From NCBI GenBank assembly GCA_030390025.1, contig CM059432.1:97900001-97964000 (forward strand): a DNA stretch of 64,000 nt, in the 5' to 3' direction. Origin of the DNA: Squalus acanthias (taxonomy: Eukaryota). The number at the start of each line of letters is the position of its first letter. Positions within the stretch are counted from its first letter, which is position 1. This document shows positions 43,468 to 56,227 of this stretch, piece after piece. Below the pieces are notes generated by a model, which ran no database searches, had not been told where the DNA came from, and was given only the letters and a program-made list of their open reading frames with translations. Made by a program: the position numbers and the translations under genes.

Positions 43468-46400
43468 TTAGGAGGGGCAAAAAAAGCTTGGTCAAATCCT
43501 ATTGTCACTGGGTTACAGGCTCTTTCCCATAGAATTCTGAATCACAAGATGCTGATGGATGAGGAAGGTCATTTGGTCATTAATTCACCATGCCAAAATA
43601 ACCCTAAACTGCCGTCCCCCACCCCATTGATGCATGTTGTTGTTTCTTAAATTATTCCAAAGTTTTTCGCCTCCAGAAGTGCATTCCAAATGTTGATCCT
43701 TCTCTGCGTGAAGAAAAACTTCCTGGTATCAGTCCTAAAATTACGTTTTACTAGATGGAACTCATGTCCCCGTGTTCTACTCCCACTGGTCTCTGGTTTC
43801 TACTCTTTTATGGGTTGTTTCTGAGGGTCTCCTTTCCTACCATTTATTCACAGTCTCCTGTCACTCACCCACTCTCCTTCCCAACTCTTCTAACTTGGAG
43901 GGCACTCAGCAAGGAAGGATGAGGTAATATTGGAAATACTAGGTGCAAATGGCTGGATGACTAAATAGGTTGGGATGCCCTTGGGTTGCACAAACAAGTG
44001 GGTCTCAAAGCATTGAGGGTGAGCAGACGAGAACTAGGAAATAATCAGGTTGGTCGGGGGTGGGGGGACCGTGGGGTGGTGGCATTGAAGCCCTGGGGCT
44101 AGGACTGCGGGGTGAGAATATGGATCAGGAAGCATTTAGGCCGGGCAGTTATTTTCTTAATAGTTAGCATTTCAGTAATGCAAAGCTGCGGTTAACCTTT
44201 GCAGTGCTTTACCTTCACTCCAGTCCACCAACACAAGCTGTGAATGAGTGGAGATTCAGTAGGTCATTGATGGCTAGCTAAGGTGCCAGCTATATGACCC
44301 AGAAAACCTGACCACACACTCAAACTGGACTTTTACTACCCTTTCCATTTTATTTTTCCCAAACAGGACCACCTTCTAGAAAAATAGACTGTCTGGCCAA
44401 ACAACAACAGTGAGTCAATAACCAGGGGGCATAAATCTAAGATCTCCAAAAAGAAGTTAATATCATTTTTTTTAAAACACAGAAGGTTGTTAGGATATGG
44501 AATGCCCTACCAGAAACAGTGGTGGAAGCAGAATCCATATTTGCTTCTAAAAGTGGATAAATATTTGAAAATAGAAAAATTAAAATGGTGTTGGGAAAGG
44601 GAAGGGGAAATGGGACTAATCGAATAACTCTTTCAGAGGCACAATGGGCTGAATTAGCGCCCCGGAAAAATTAGCGCCCCCGCGCCAGAACTTGAGTGGT
44701 TGCGCCCCAAGAAGGAAGCGGGGCGCTACTGGAAGCGCCCCACATCCCTCTTGGGGCGCCGCGGTATTGCAGGCCTTCCTCCCCTTCTTAAAGGGGAGGG
44801 TCCTTGCGCAGCGCGACCTGGGGCCCAGCTGGGCCCCTGGGGATCAAGAGAACTGCCGGGCTCTGGGAGCGCAGCCGGCACTCCGCGATGGGGGGGCATT
44901 CAGGAGGCCGGGGACGGGAGCACAGGCAGGTGCTGGCAGGCGGCCAGCAACAAAAATGGCTGCCCCGCACCTCGCCTTTAAATTGCCCCTCCCCGGCCTC
45001 AGGTCGGCCCCCTGACCCCGTCGGACATAGTCGAAGATAGTTGCTTTACGCCCCCCGTTAGCAACCCAATTTTTCCCCCTATGATTCTATTAGCAGGTAA
45101 ATTTGGGTTTGTTCTGTTGTCCAGTCCAGTTCAGTTCAGTGATTATCATTAAGCTTCTGTAATGAGTTTCAAATCTTCCCCGTCATTTTAAAAGAAAATT
45201 TATCTGTCAAATGCACTAGTACAAAAAATCCACTTTAAATGTGTGAGTCATTAAAATTCAAATTCTCTTTAATTTATCAAAATGTGTTTAAATTTTAAAT
45301 TGGTTTTGCATTCATCCTTAAACAAAGATCACTCTAAAGATGATAGTCCTAGAATCAAAACCAACCAGTTTGCACAAAATGGAGTGAACCACAGCAGAAA
45401 TCTTTTTACAATGGAATTGATATTTTAGTTACCTATTTAAAGGGGTGAAGATCCAGTTGACCACTTTGTTTTGTCATTTCTGCCCAAGGAATGGGCCTTC
45501 CGCAAGCTGAAAGATCAGGAAACTCAATCTAATTCCTGGTATTTAATTCAGATTTACTAGTCTTTAATTCAAACTTATTGGTATTTGTCGCAAGATTTTT
45601 TTTTTGCAACAGTTATTGTTGTACAAAATTAATATTTGCTGAGTTTGATTCTACCTGTGTTTTTCTGTGATATTTGTGTTTGGCCTGCTAGCTCCCCATA
45701 CACGACAGCATGTACATTTTTGATATTTCTTTAAAAAGAAAAATTTAATATTAAAGAGAAAACTAAAAATCCAATCTTCATTTGCATATTAACAGCAGAC
45801 CACACAAAAGAAATGGAAGTAGATCTGCAGATATTAATATACCCTATTCTATTCTATCAAACTGATCCCAATTACAGCCAAATTGTTGACTTGGTTGTAC
45901 TTCTTTCTCATTGGGAAAAAATCATTAATGCAATTGGAACAGGTTCCTAGCAAACGGACTTATGGGAGATGATTTTAAAGTAGCGTCCAAAACGGGCGCA
46001 AAGTTGCTGGAGCAGCTTCTCCATCCACCCATTCATGCCGACATGAAGCTTGAGCCACTTTGAGGCCCGGGCCTCATTCGCCATGCTGACAGCATCCTGC
46101 AGGCACCCACTGCAGCTCGCCAGTTCTGGGAGGATAGGAAATTGGCCGGCTCCCAGGCTGAGCCGACCAGCAGGGCGGGCTAGGTGGGGGGAGGCCATCG
46201 AAGGGGATGGCTTGAAATAGTCCAGCAGCAAGTCGGAGTTTCATTTTTTTTTATTATTGAGGCCCAAAAGGAGCACCAAAAAGAAAAATTACAAGTTTCC
46301 TGGCCTGTTGAGCAGCTGACAGCGGTCCATTTAAAAAACGATGATTAAGCCACTCAATGCCTGGCACATCTGGATGGTGCATGCTCCACCCATTTGTACC

Positions 46401-46620
46401 TGAAAATTGCAATTGGTCCTGCAACTGGCATCGGACCCCAATTTGAATATTAATCAGTCTCCGCCTGCTTCAGGTGAGTGGGCTGCTCACCCATTTACAA
46501 GCCCGCCATAAAATTGCATCAGGTGGACCTTGGGCATTAATGAGGTAGCTGAATTGCCTAATGGAATTCCATTGGATTTAGCACAGGAACCCACTGTAGT
46601 TAAATAAAAAAAGTTTCCTG

Positions 46621-47579
46621 GTGAACTTGGATGAAGGGACCGAGTGTAATGTAGCCAAGTTTGCGGATGATACAAAGATGGCTGGAAAAGCAAGTTGTGC
46701 CGAGGACTCAAAGAATCTGCAAAGGGATATAGACAGGCTAAGTGAGTGGGCAAACATTTGGCAGATGGTGTATAATGTGGGAAAGTGCGAGGTTATCCAC
46801 TTTGGCAGGAAAAATAAAAAAGCAAATTATTTTTTAAATGGAGAGGGATTACAAAATGCTACAGTTCAGAGGGATCTGGGGGTCCTTGTGCATGAAACAC
46901 AAAAAGTTAGCATGCAAGTAATCAAAAAGGCAAATGGAATGCTGGCCTTTATTGCAAGGGGGCTGGAGTATAAAAGCAGGGAAGTCCTGCTACAACTGTA
47001 CAGGGTACTGGTGAGACCACACCTTGAGTACTGCGTACAGTTTTGGTCTCCTTATTTAAGGAAGGATATACTTGCATTGGAGGCAGTTCAGAGACAATTC
47101 ACTAGGTTCATTCCAGAGATGAGGGGGTTGACTTATGAGGAAAGGTTGAGCAGGTTGGGCCTATACTCATTGGAATTTAGAAGAATGTGAGGTGATCTTA
47201 TTGAAACATATAAGATACTGAGGGGGCTCGACAAGGTAGATGCAGAGAGGATGTTTCCCCTTGTGGGGAAATCTAGAACTTGGGGGCATAGTTTCAGAAT
47301 AAAGGGTCGCCCTTTTAAAACTGAGATGAGGAAGAATTTCTTCTCTCAGAGGGTCGTAAATCTGTGGAATTCTCTGCCGCAGAGAGCTGTGGAGGCTGGG
47401 TTATTAAATACATTTAAGGTGGAGATAGACAGATTTTTGCAAGATAAGGGAGTGAAGGGTTATGGGGAGCGGGCTGGGAAGTGGCTTTGAGCCCAAGATC
47501 AGCCATGATCTTATTGAATGGCGGAGCAGGCTCGAGGGGCCAAGTGGCCTATTCCTGCTCCTATTTCTTATGTTCTTAT
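46621..47579 (+). mobile_element. 5'-truncated CR1 LINE
   Basis: AKFADDTK...LVRPHLEYCVQFWSP; in-frame stop at 47188; TTCTTATG tail. Confidence 0.92.
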
Positions 47580-48627
47580 AAAGTAAAGAAAAGAGTCTTC
47601 CCATCAGCTAATGATCACAGTTCATCACCACTCCATGCACAGGAGCATTACATCTTGAAAGGAATAGAAAATAAATTAATCACTTTGAAGCATTGTTTTT
47701 TTTGTGTTTTTACATGTAGAAGAAATAAGTAGCCATCTTCGTTATGTTCTTCTGCTGTTTTAAGAGCAATAATGACATCTTCATTTCATCAAGACATACC
47801 CAGAAATCATCTCTTGCCTAATTCAGCATCCTCGTCAGTTTTAAATGATATTAGAAAACAATATTTGCTCACAGTAATAGGCTGCCATTCATTGCATCCC
47901 ACTATCTTTAACCCCCTGAATAATCTACAATAAGTAACTACTTTGTTGACCTTTATAGTCAAGAGGTGTAAAATTCTTTGTAATACACAAATGGATGCAG
48001 TGCACACTACCAAAAAAAGTCAAATGTTGAACTTGGCAAAGTAAAAGCACTATGTGTTATTATAATGGCTTATCAAAATACTGTGCTGCATAAGTTCCTG
48101 TTTTTCACATTGGAATAACTTCAAGGCAAGTTTCTTTATAATCAAGTATATTTATATGCTAATACTCATGCCTTGGGATGTTTTACTATGATAAAAATAT
48201 AAATACAAGTTGTTGTTGATTACACATGTGTTTGATTGCAATAACAGTCAACAGATTGATAATTATTACCCTAAACAAAGCATAGATCAGTTGAGAAACC
48301 TTTTCCTTTCAGCTGGAAAATAAAGGACATTTGTGTGTGTGAGGGGGGCGGGGGAGTGTGGGGGGGGAGGGGGGTCGGCGGGGGTGGCGGAAATAGAGGC
48401 AAAAAAATGATAACCGAGTGGAATCACGGGGGCGTTGGTGGGGGGGCGGGGGGGGCGGTGGAGCGGAAATCCATTGCAGTGATGACGCTGGAGCAGGAGC
48501 AGCTACCAGGAAATTCCTGGCCATGATATATCGGGTCAACTATGCAACTTCTTCCTTGCAATTATTGGGCAATTATGTGGTCCCACAGATTAACCACAGT
48601 TGGAAAACAATTAACTAACTAATTTAA

Positions 48628-48850
48628 AAAAAAAACGAAAATGCTGAAATACTCAGCAGGTCAGGCAGCATCTGTGGAGAGAGAAACAGAGTTAACGTTT
48701 CAGGTCGATGACCTTTCGTCAGGACTGGAAAAGGTTGGAGATGGAACAGGTTTTTAAGCAAGTGTAGGGGCAGGGAAAGGGGGAGGGGAGGAAAGAACAA
48801 AAGGGAATGTCTGTGATAGGGTGGAAGGCAGGAGAGATTAAGAGAGATTA
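48628..48850 (-). mobile_element. Penelope pLTR fragment with intact hammerhead motif (48689-48722)
   Basis: Same family as 1973-3746; minus strand CTGACGAAAGGTCATCGACCTGAAACGTTAACTC. Confidence 0.8.
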
Positions 48851-50086
48851 GTGTTTAAGTAACTAACATTATTGGTTTTGGCTTAGATCAAACTTTCCCA
48901 AAGACAATTTGAAAGAATGACATATAACACAAACAAATTGTTTGCTATTACAATATACACATTGCAATTCTATACATCTTCCTCCTGTACAGCAAACCGC
49001 TGCAGTTGTTATTAAAATTCAGAAATATTTTTTCTGATCTTTAAACAAAGGGGAAAGTAGTTCTAGATGTGTGAAGCTTTACTGCTGGCATTGAGTGAAC
49101 TTTCTGGAATCTAAAATGTGTTTGCAACAGCCCATGTATTCCTGTAATAAAGATAAAAGTTTGACTGAAATAAAACAACCTTCCTGCTGCTGGTCTGGTA
49201 GTGATCTTGCAGAGGACTGTCTGACCGGACTTATTTTACATTGTAGAAAGTGGACTCTGGCAAGGAATGAGTGATGCTTATCTAGTTCATTGATTTGCAT
49301 GGTTTTACACTATATTGGGTCCATTTGCAAAAGATGGACTTTTCATGATGCCTGCCAAACAGAGCTACAATATTCTTTCAAATTGCAGATATCAACACCA
49401 ATGTTGCTGATTGTGAAAAGTAGCACCAAGATTTCTTGAGGATTCCCACTCTTCTAACAGTTTTTTCAGCAATATTCATCATTTTCCCCAGCAGATGTGA
49501 TTACCAGGCCAAGAGGTTAAATATTTGTAAGTGAAGAGTTAGCTGTGCAACATCGTGGTGAATCATTTTTGACAAGGTTATACCAGTCTTACCAGTGCTG
49601 AAGATAACACACCATTTGCCTGCCCATTGTTCAGCTGAGTGTATATCTGTCTACTGTGATTCAGTCACTTGGTCTTGCGAAATAGAAGCTAATTCATTAG
49701 GTGATGACAGTCAGTTCCAACGACATTAAAATATTCCCTTCTCCATCTTTGCATTGACTGGACCACTTATTAAATTGATGTGATAATTAAAGAGAATGGT
49801 ATGTCCTTTCACTGTAGCGATCTAAGAATTTCCTATTCCTTGTAAATCAGATAATAATTAAAGATAAATCTCATTATGACTATTATTTAAAGGTTATCTT
49901 TATTAAAAATAACTTATGTTTTTCTTTGCACATATTAAAGGACTTCATACACTGATAAGATGCATGGCTCAATAAGTCTAGAATGTCTTTCATGATGTCT
50001 GGAATTTGTAATAACAATGTTTGACTGTAGCATGAGTCACCATACGCAGGATGAAAAAAACAGGACAATTAAAAAGAAAACTCTGA

Positions 50087-53009
50087 GGGGGAAAATTGTA
50101 GTAGGTTTGTGCCTCCCGTTAGCACCTGGTGGGGGCGCTAATGGGGCACTGATGCAGTAGCGCCAGGGTGATACGAATCCAGCGTTGCACGGCAAATCCG
50201 GACCCCCCCCCCGCCCCCGTAGCGTCGCCACTAACAGTTACCGCCGGGGACTTCAACGCCAGGCAGATTGTGACGTCAGTGAGCATCCAATGCTCACTGG
50301 GTGCACAGTCTGCAAAATTCATTTTCGCCCCCTGCCTTAGCGCCTCACCCCGACAAGGACAGGGAGAGGAGGCGTCAAGCAGGTGAATGTCGGCTCCAGG
50401 TGCGATATTTAAAGACAGCCTCAGTAATGAGTCGCAGCTGTCAGGTTAGTGGTGTTTCACTGCTTCCTTGTCAGTTTGACATTGTGAAACCGATTCATTC
50501 AGTCATTTAAAGATTGTTTAGTATCAGGAGTGATGTGGCTACTAACAATTAGTTACATTTATTCTCATAACATATCAAAGTGCTACACTTGGTTACATTA
50601 ATGGGGGCTGTACTGGCAGTCGACCTCACCCTCCAGGATCTACGGCAGAGGGAGCGCAGGCAGCGAGAAAGACTGGAACATGTGGCCAGAGGGAAGAGAA
50701 GGGCCAGGAGGGCACTCAACATGAGGCCTTACCCTCGGAGGGTATTTCAAGAGCACTTCTCCTACCTCCAATTAAGCGAGGAGCAGTGTATTAGAAGGCT
50801 CCGCTTCAGCAAGGAGGTGGTCACAGAACTCTGCCACCTCCTGCAACCAGACCTCCAGCCTCAGATCAGGGCAACCATGGCTCTCTGAGTGGCAGTCAAG
50901 GTCACCGTCACCCTCAATTTCTATGCCAGCGGATCCTTCCAGTCTGCAACAGGAGATATAACTAACATCTCACAATTCGCCGTCCATCGCTGCATCCAGG
51001 AGGTCACAGAGGCTCTCTACAGTAGAAGAAGGGACAACATTTCCTTCCCCATCACCAGAGAGAAGCAGGATGAATGTGCATGTGGCTTTGCCAGGATAGT
51101 GGGCTTCCCCATGGTGCAGGGCGCCATTGGCTGCATCCACGTGGCTTTGCGGGCACCGCGTAACAATCCTGAGATCTTCCGTAACCACAAAGGCTACCAC
51201 TCACTTAATGTGCAGTTGGTGTGCGACCACAGACAGCGAATCCTCAATGTGAGTGCCAGCTATCATGACAGCAGCCACGATGCCTTCATCTTGCGCCAGA
51301 CCAGTGTGCCAGCACTCTTCCAGCAACCACGTCAAGCTCGCGGCTGGCTGGTCTGAGACAAGGGCTATACGCTCTCCACCTGGCTCATGACTCCCCTGTG
51401 CAACCCCAACACTCCTGCCCAGCATTCATAATGAGAGCCATGCCGCCACCAGGAACATCATCGAGCAGACCATCGCGGTGCTCAAGCAATGGTTCTGCTG
51501 TCTTGACTGCTCAGGAGGAGCCCTCCAGTACTCAGCTGAGTGGGTGTCCCATTTCGTCGTGGTCTGCTGCATGCTCCACAACTTGACCATCATGAGGGCC
51601 CAGCCTTTGTCACCCAGGATTGTGGGACCACCTCAGGAGGAGGAAGAGGGAGAGGAGGAGGAGGAGGAGGTCGACAAGGAGGAAGAGGAAGATGAGAAGG
51701 AGGAGGAGGAACAGGAGCGAGGGAGGAGGCAGCCACACAATTGACCTTCCAGAAGGGCGGTCTGTGACCGCCTCATCAGACTACGGTTCCAATAAATTAA
51801 ACCCCAGATCCCCATTGCTCACCACATCCCCATCATTCCATCACTGTTGCAGGCCATATAACAGTGCAAAGCTGAAATGAAAGACACCACAAAATAATTC
51901 AAATTGAATTAATAAATTTAGCAATAATCAGTGATCACATATTTACAGCAACATTATTACTTATTCACCCTTGTGCAATTCCTTAGTGCCTGTCGTTACT
52001 GTGCCTTTGCCTACTCTAGTGCTCCTATGACGTGTTGGCCCAGTGGCTGCAGCACGGCTGGTGGAAGGCTGCTGACTGTCCGTGCGGGAGACTTCAGATG
52101 GCCTTGCAGGATGCCCTCGACCAGCTCTGGGCCTGGAAGGCCTGGCTGTAGACTGCACCACCTCAGCATGGGCGGCAGCAGTCTGAGCTGGCTGGATGAC
52201 AGGCAGCGACAAGGACATTGGCATAGTGCCAGTGGTGGGAGCAGGAATGCTGCCATCCTGAGAGAGTACAGCAGCTTCCTGCCACTACCACTCCCCCAGG
52301 GCAGCATCTCAGCATCACTAGCAATCTGTTGGAGCACAGATTGCTGGCCTTCTGTGACACCGTGAAAGCCCTGGTCGACAGTGAAAGACTCAGCCACGAT
52401 GGCAGCAGTCAGAGCTTGCGTGGCATCAAGCTGAGACTGCATGAGAGCAGTCTGAGATTGAATGCCACCAAGCATAGACTGCATTACAGCACTAAGACGT
52501 TGTATTGCTTCTGCCTGTGCTGCAATGGAAGCTGCCACATCACACGCGGCATCAGGTCTGGGTCGCCAAGGTCTCTCTGGGAGTCGACTATCCTTTGCAG
52601 ACTGCAAATGATGGGCTCCATGGTGTGCGCAGAGCTCTGTGCAATGTTGGAGGTGGACTCCTCCACGCTCCTTACCATTGCGGAGAGGCTCTCGGGCACC
52701 CTTGTCATTGCACCTTTCATATCCATGTGCATGCCATCACCCTTCTTCTAAAGGCTTCCCCATCGAGGTCCTCATCTGAGTCCTGTGCAGCAGAACTCGT
52801 GTGCGAACTCGCCCTCTGGGGAGCTGGGCCCCGAGCTACCCTTTCCCCCTGGCCTTACTAGGCCATTAGTGCTTGATTTAACACTTCAATCCTTTCTTTG
52901 TGTGATGAGACTTAATGTTGCGTGCAGTCTGAAGCATTAGCGCTTGCCGCTAATTCTCAGACTTTTCAAAAGTTACCGCCTACTCCTGGGCTACAATGAA
53001 TTTCTCCCC
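50087..53009. mobile_element. Decayed Harbinger (transposase pseudogene plus strand about 50601-51795; Myb last exon minus strand about 51961-52860)
   Basis: TIR GGGGGAAAATT / AATTTCTCCCC; stops at 50886 and 51354 plus a frameshift; TSD not clean. Confidence 0.88.
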
Positions 53010-54886
53010 TCTTGTATTTCCACCTTTAGAGAATTGAAATGAGAAAGTAATCTTGGGAAATTCAGGGGCCTGGAGTTTCTGCTTGGTGACACTGGGTTTT
53101 TTCGGCGCAATTCACCTGAAATCAGAGAAATTACCGCAAAAGATCGCAGAATTTTAAGCACAAATTACATTCAGCACAAATCGAGTTTCCGTGATATTTT
53201 ACGCTACTTTAAAAAAACATTGCGTTAGAAGCCGGCCCTGCCCACAAAACTGGCCATGCCCCCAGATTGAATTAATCACCATTGGGAGTTTCCACTAATT
53301 GCGCTGGAGGACTTTGAGGAGGCTCTTAAAATTAAGCTTTTTTTTTTGGTACAAGAACACACACAGGCATGTTTTAAAAGCTTTTCCACATATATATTTT
53401 TTTAATTTACTAAGATACTGACTACAGTACACCAATATAACTAGCAAATGGTTCTGTATAGTTTGTTAAAGTCATTTTCAGTTATTTTAAATCAGGTTAC
53501 GCACAGGTGGTAGACTAGACACTCTTATTTAAATGTTTATTTTTTGTGATAAACCCATTTCCAGCTGTATTAATAAAGCAGGTGCAGGAATTTTGGTGCA
53601 TTAATGTCAATGAAATGTGAGAGTCTCACATTCAATTTGCAGTCAGCTGGAAAATGTCAACTGGAAGAAAACATGGCTCAGGTCTGCTCACCTAATCTTC
53701 TGCTCACCCAGCACCCAATCTGCAGCTGTCCAACTCGTGCAGCTCATCTGAAAATCTACTTTATAATATATTCCAGTAATTAATCTATTACGAAGAATTA
53801 ATGTTCTTATTTCAACAATAAACCAATTAGCAGAACCAATCACCTATTTTCCAATGAGAAAATTAACTTTGGTCTTACATTCTGGTAAATAGTAACATAA
53901 CCACAATGTGAACTATATATAAATAACAATCTCATCACAGGTATAACAGAAAGAACACTGCATGTCAGGGATGAACAGCAAATCAAAAGTCTTCATCTGA
54001 ACTGGTCCATGTTGGATCAGTTGTTTGAATGAGTCATTTTGGATTCAATTTCACTTTAAAGGGCCGATCCCTTTTAAAAGATGCATCTGTGCTTACTACA
54101 CAATACTGAATGACTGAGATTGGGAGTGATTTCCAAAGAAGGATTATGTTAGTTTCTTTTATATATATTTACTATTTTCCATTAGTGCTTTAATGTTCTC
54201 CATAAACTCTAATAGTAGTCAAATTAAGGGATATGCATTCAGGCAGACCACTGAAGCTTCTCCCTTGCTCAGTAATTGGAACAGAAGTTAAAAGATCCAC
54301 ATTTGAATTTTCTGAATCCAATATCTATACAATTACCCTTTTCTATTACATGCACTAACATAGAAACATTATTAGGTTAGGACCCTCAACTGAATGAAAG
54401 GAAATAAATTGCCTGAAAAATAGTGGCTACGAAAGTAAAGCCAAAGATAGCAGAGAGATTGCAAAGGGTCACAACCTAATGTCTGATGAAATGAACAAAG
54501 CCTGAGAACGCAGAACATTTTAGAATAACCATTTTGCAAAACACTCAGAATTGAATGTTGTCTTACAAGTAGGAAAATAAATAAAGGAAAAGATTGGGGT
54601 GGAAGCAGTCGAAAGCTGAGAGCAGTTCAATAGAATTGCTAAATGACAGATTCAATCAATTTGTCCTACATCCCAGTAGCTAAATGGTTCAGTGCATTAG
54701 TATAATGAGGCACTGTGTCACTGTGAATTAGCATAATAAAGCCACTAAATAGTAAATTGATAATGTCAATATTTTCATTAATGTCTATATCTCTTATTCC
54801 AATAGTTTATTTTTGTTGTTCCTTACATTACCATAAAAGCATATCAGCTGGATTTTACAACATGTTCTGATCTCTATTTATTATGA

Positions 54887-55186
54887 CACAAAACTTGGAC
54901 GTATAGTGAACAGTGAGGAGGATAGTGATAGACTTCAAGAGGACATAAACAAGCTGGTGGAATGGGCAGACACGTAGCAGATGAAATTTAACACAGAAAA
55001 GTACGAAGTGATACATTTTGGTAGGAAGAACGAGGAGAGGCAATATAAACTAAAGGGTACAATCCTAAAGGGGGTGCATGAACAGAGAGACCTGGGGGTT
55101 GATGTGCACTAATCATTGAAGGTGGCAGGGCAGGTTGAGAAAGCAGTTAAAAAAGCATACGGGATCCTGGGTTTCATAAATAGAGA
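54887..55186 (+). mobile_element. CR1 fragment, interrupted by a Penelope-type fragment (about 55187-62565) that in turn holds the Tx1
   Basis: DDTKLG...KKAYGILGFINR; CR1 TAGAGGCATA resumes at about 62569. Confidence 0.75.
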
Positions 55187-56227
55187 AAATTGTGAGGTCG
55201 CACAACACCAGGTTATAGTCCAACAGTTTTATTTGAAATCACAAGCTTGTGGTGAGCAGCAGCAGCAGAGTGGTGGTCTCTGTGACCAGGAAGAGGAGAA
55301 GGAGAAGGAGAAGGAGACCAGACAGCAGACCACCACCAACAACCAACACATCCACAACTGAGGTGCCTGGAGAGAGAGGACAGGAGAGGAGAAAGAAAAG
55401 AAGAGAAGGCCAAGGCCATTAACAACAGAGGAGAGGCCTTTCCAACACTGCCTCCTCAATTGGCCTCCATTTTAGGAGAGGGAGAGAGGGGAGAAAACAA
55501 CACAACATCCATCATCTGTTTGGAAGGAGGGAGGAAAGAAAGAACAACATCTACAGGTGGGTGTGATTCTGGTGCACTCTCCCAGAGACTTTGTTTTGTA
55601 GGTGGGGGGAGGAAAGAAGAAAAGAAGAGGGCCGGAACATCCAAGGGGTGTGTGTGTGTGTGGCTTCTGTAAAAGCTAGGCCGCACACACCATATTAAAC
55701 ACCCCTTTCCCATTGCCTGACCTGGGACAGCTGGAGCTGCCTAGGTGAAGTCCCCAATTAATTTAATCTTATTGGGCATCGTTAAGACCTGGTGCAGGAC
55801 TGAGCCTGGGCATCTCCAGCTATCCCAGGTGAAGACATCTTCTCCCCCCACCAGAAGACCACCACCAAAGACTTTTATTACATCGGAGAGTGCACCCCCC
55901 TGCCAACACCCACCCACCCACCATCCTGAGTGGCGACCCTGCCCTTGCGGCTTCCCTCCTTCCCACCCCCCCTCTCTCTCTCTCTTTGTCTCTTGTCTCT
56001 CTCTGCCTCTCTCTCTAAGAGGCACCTCAATCTACTTTTTATTAAGTACCCATTGAGCAGAGGGGAGAAGGCCCCTCTCCCAATTAATTCATAAAAAGGG
56101 AGAGGTGTGCCTTCAATTTAAGAGCTCCCTCTGCTCAGGGGAAAACAAAAACAAAAAAAAACCGAGGCCATTAACACCTTCAGGCCTGTGACTTGGGGTG
56201 AGTGTAGCCCTTAAAGAACCCTCCATT

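Noticed and set aside
47795..49845. Exon-like minus-strand segments in AT-rich unique DNA
   Set aside because: Stops or no consistent frame; no family recognised
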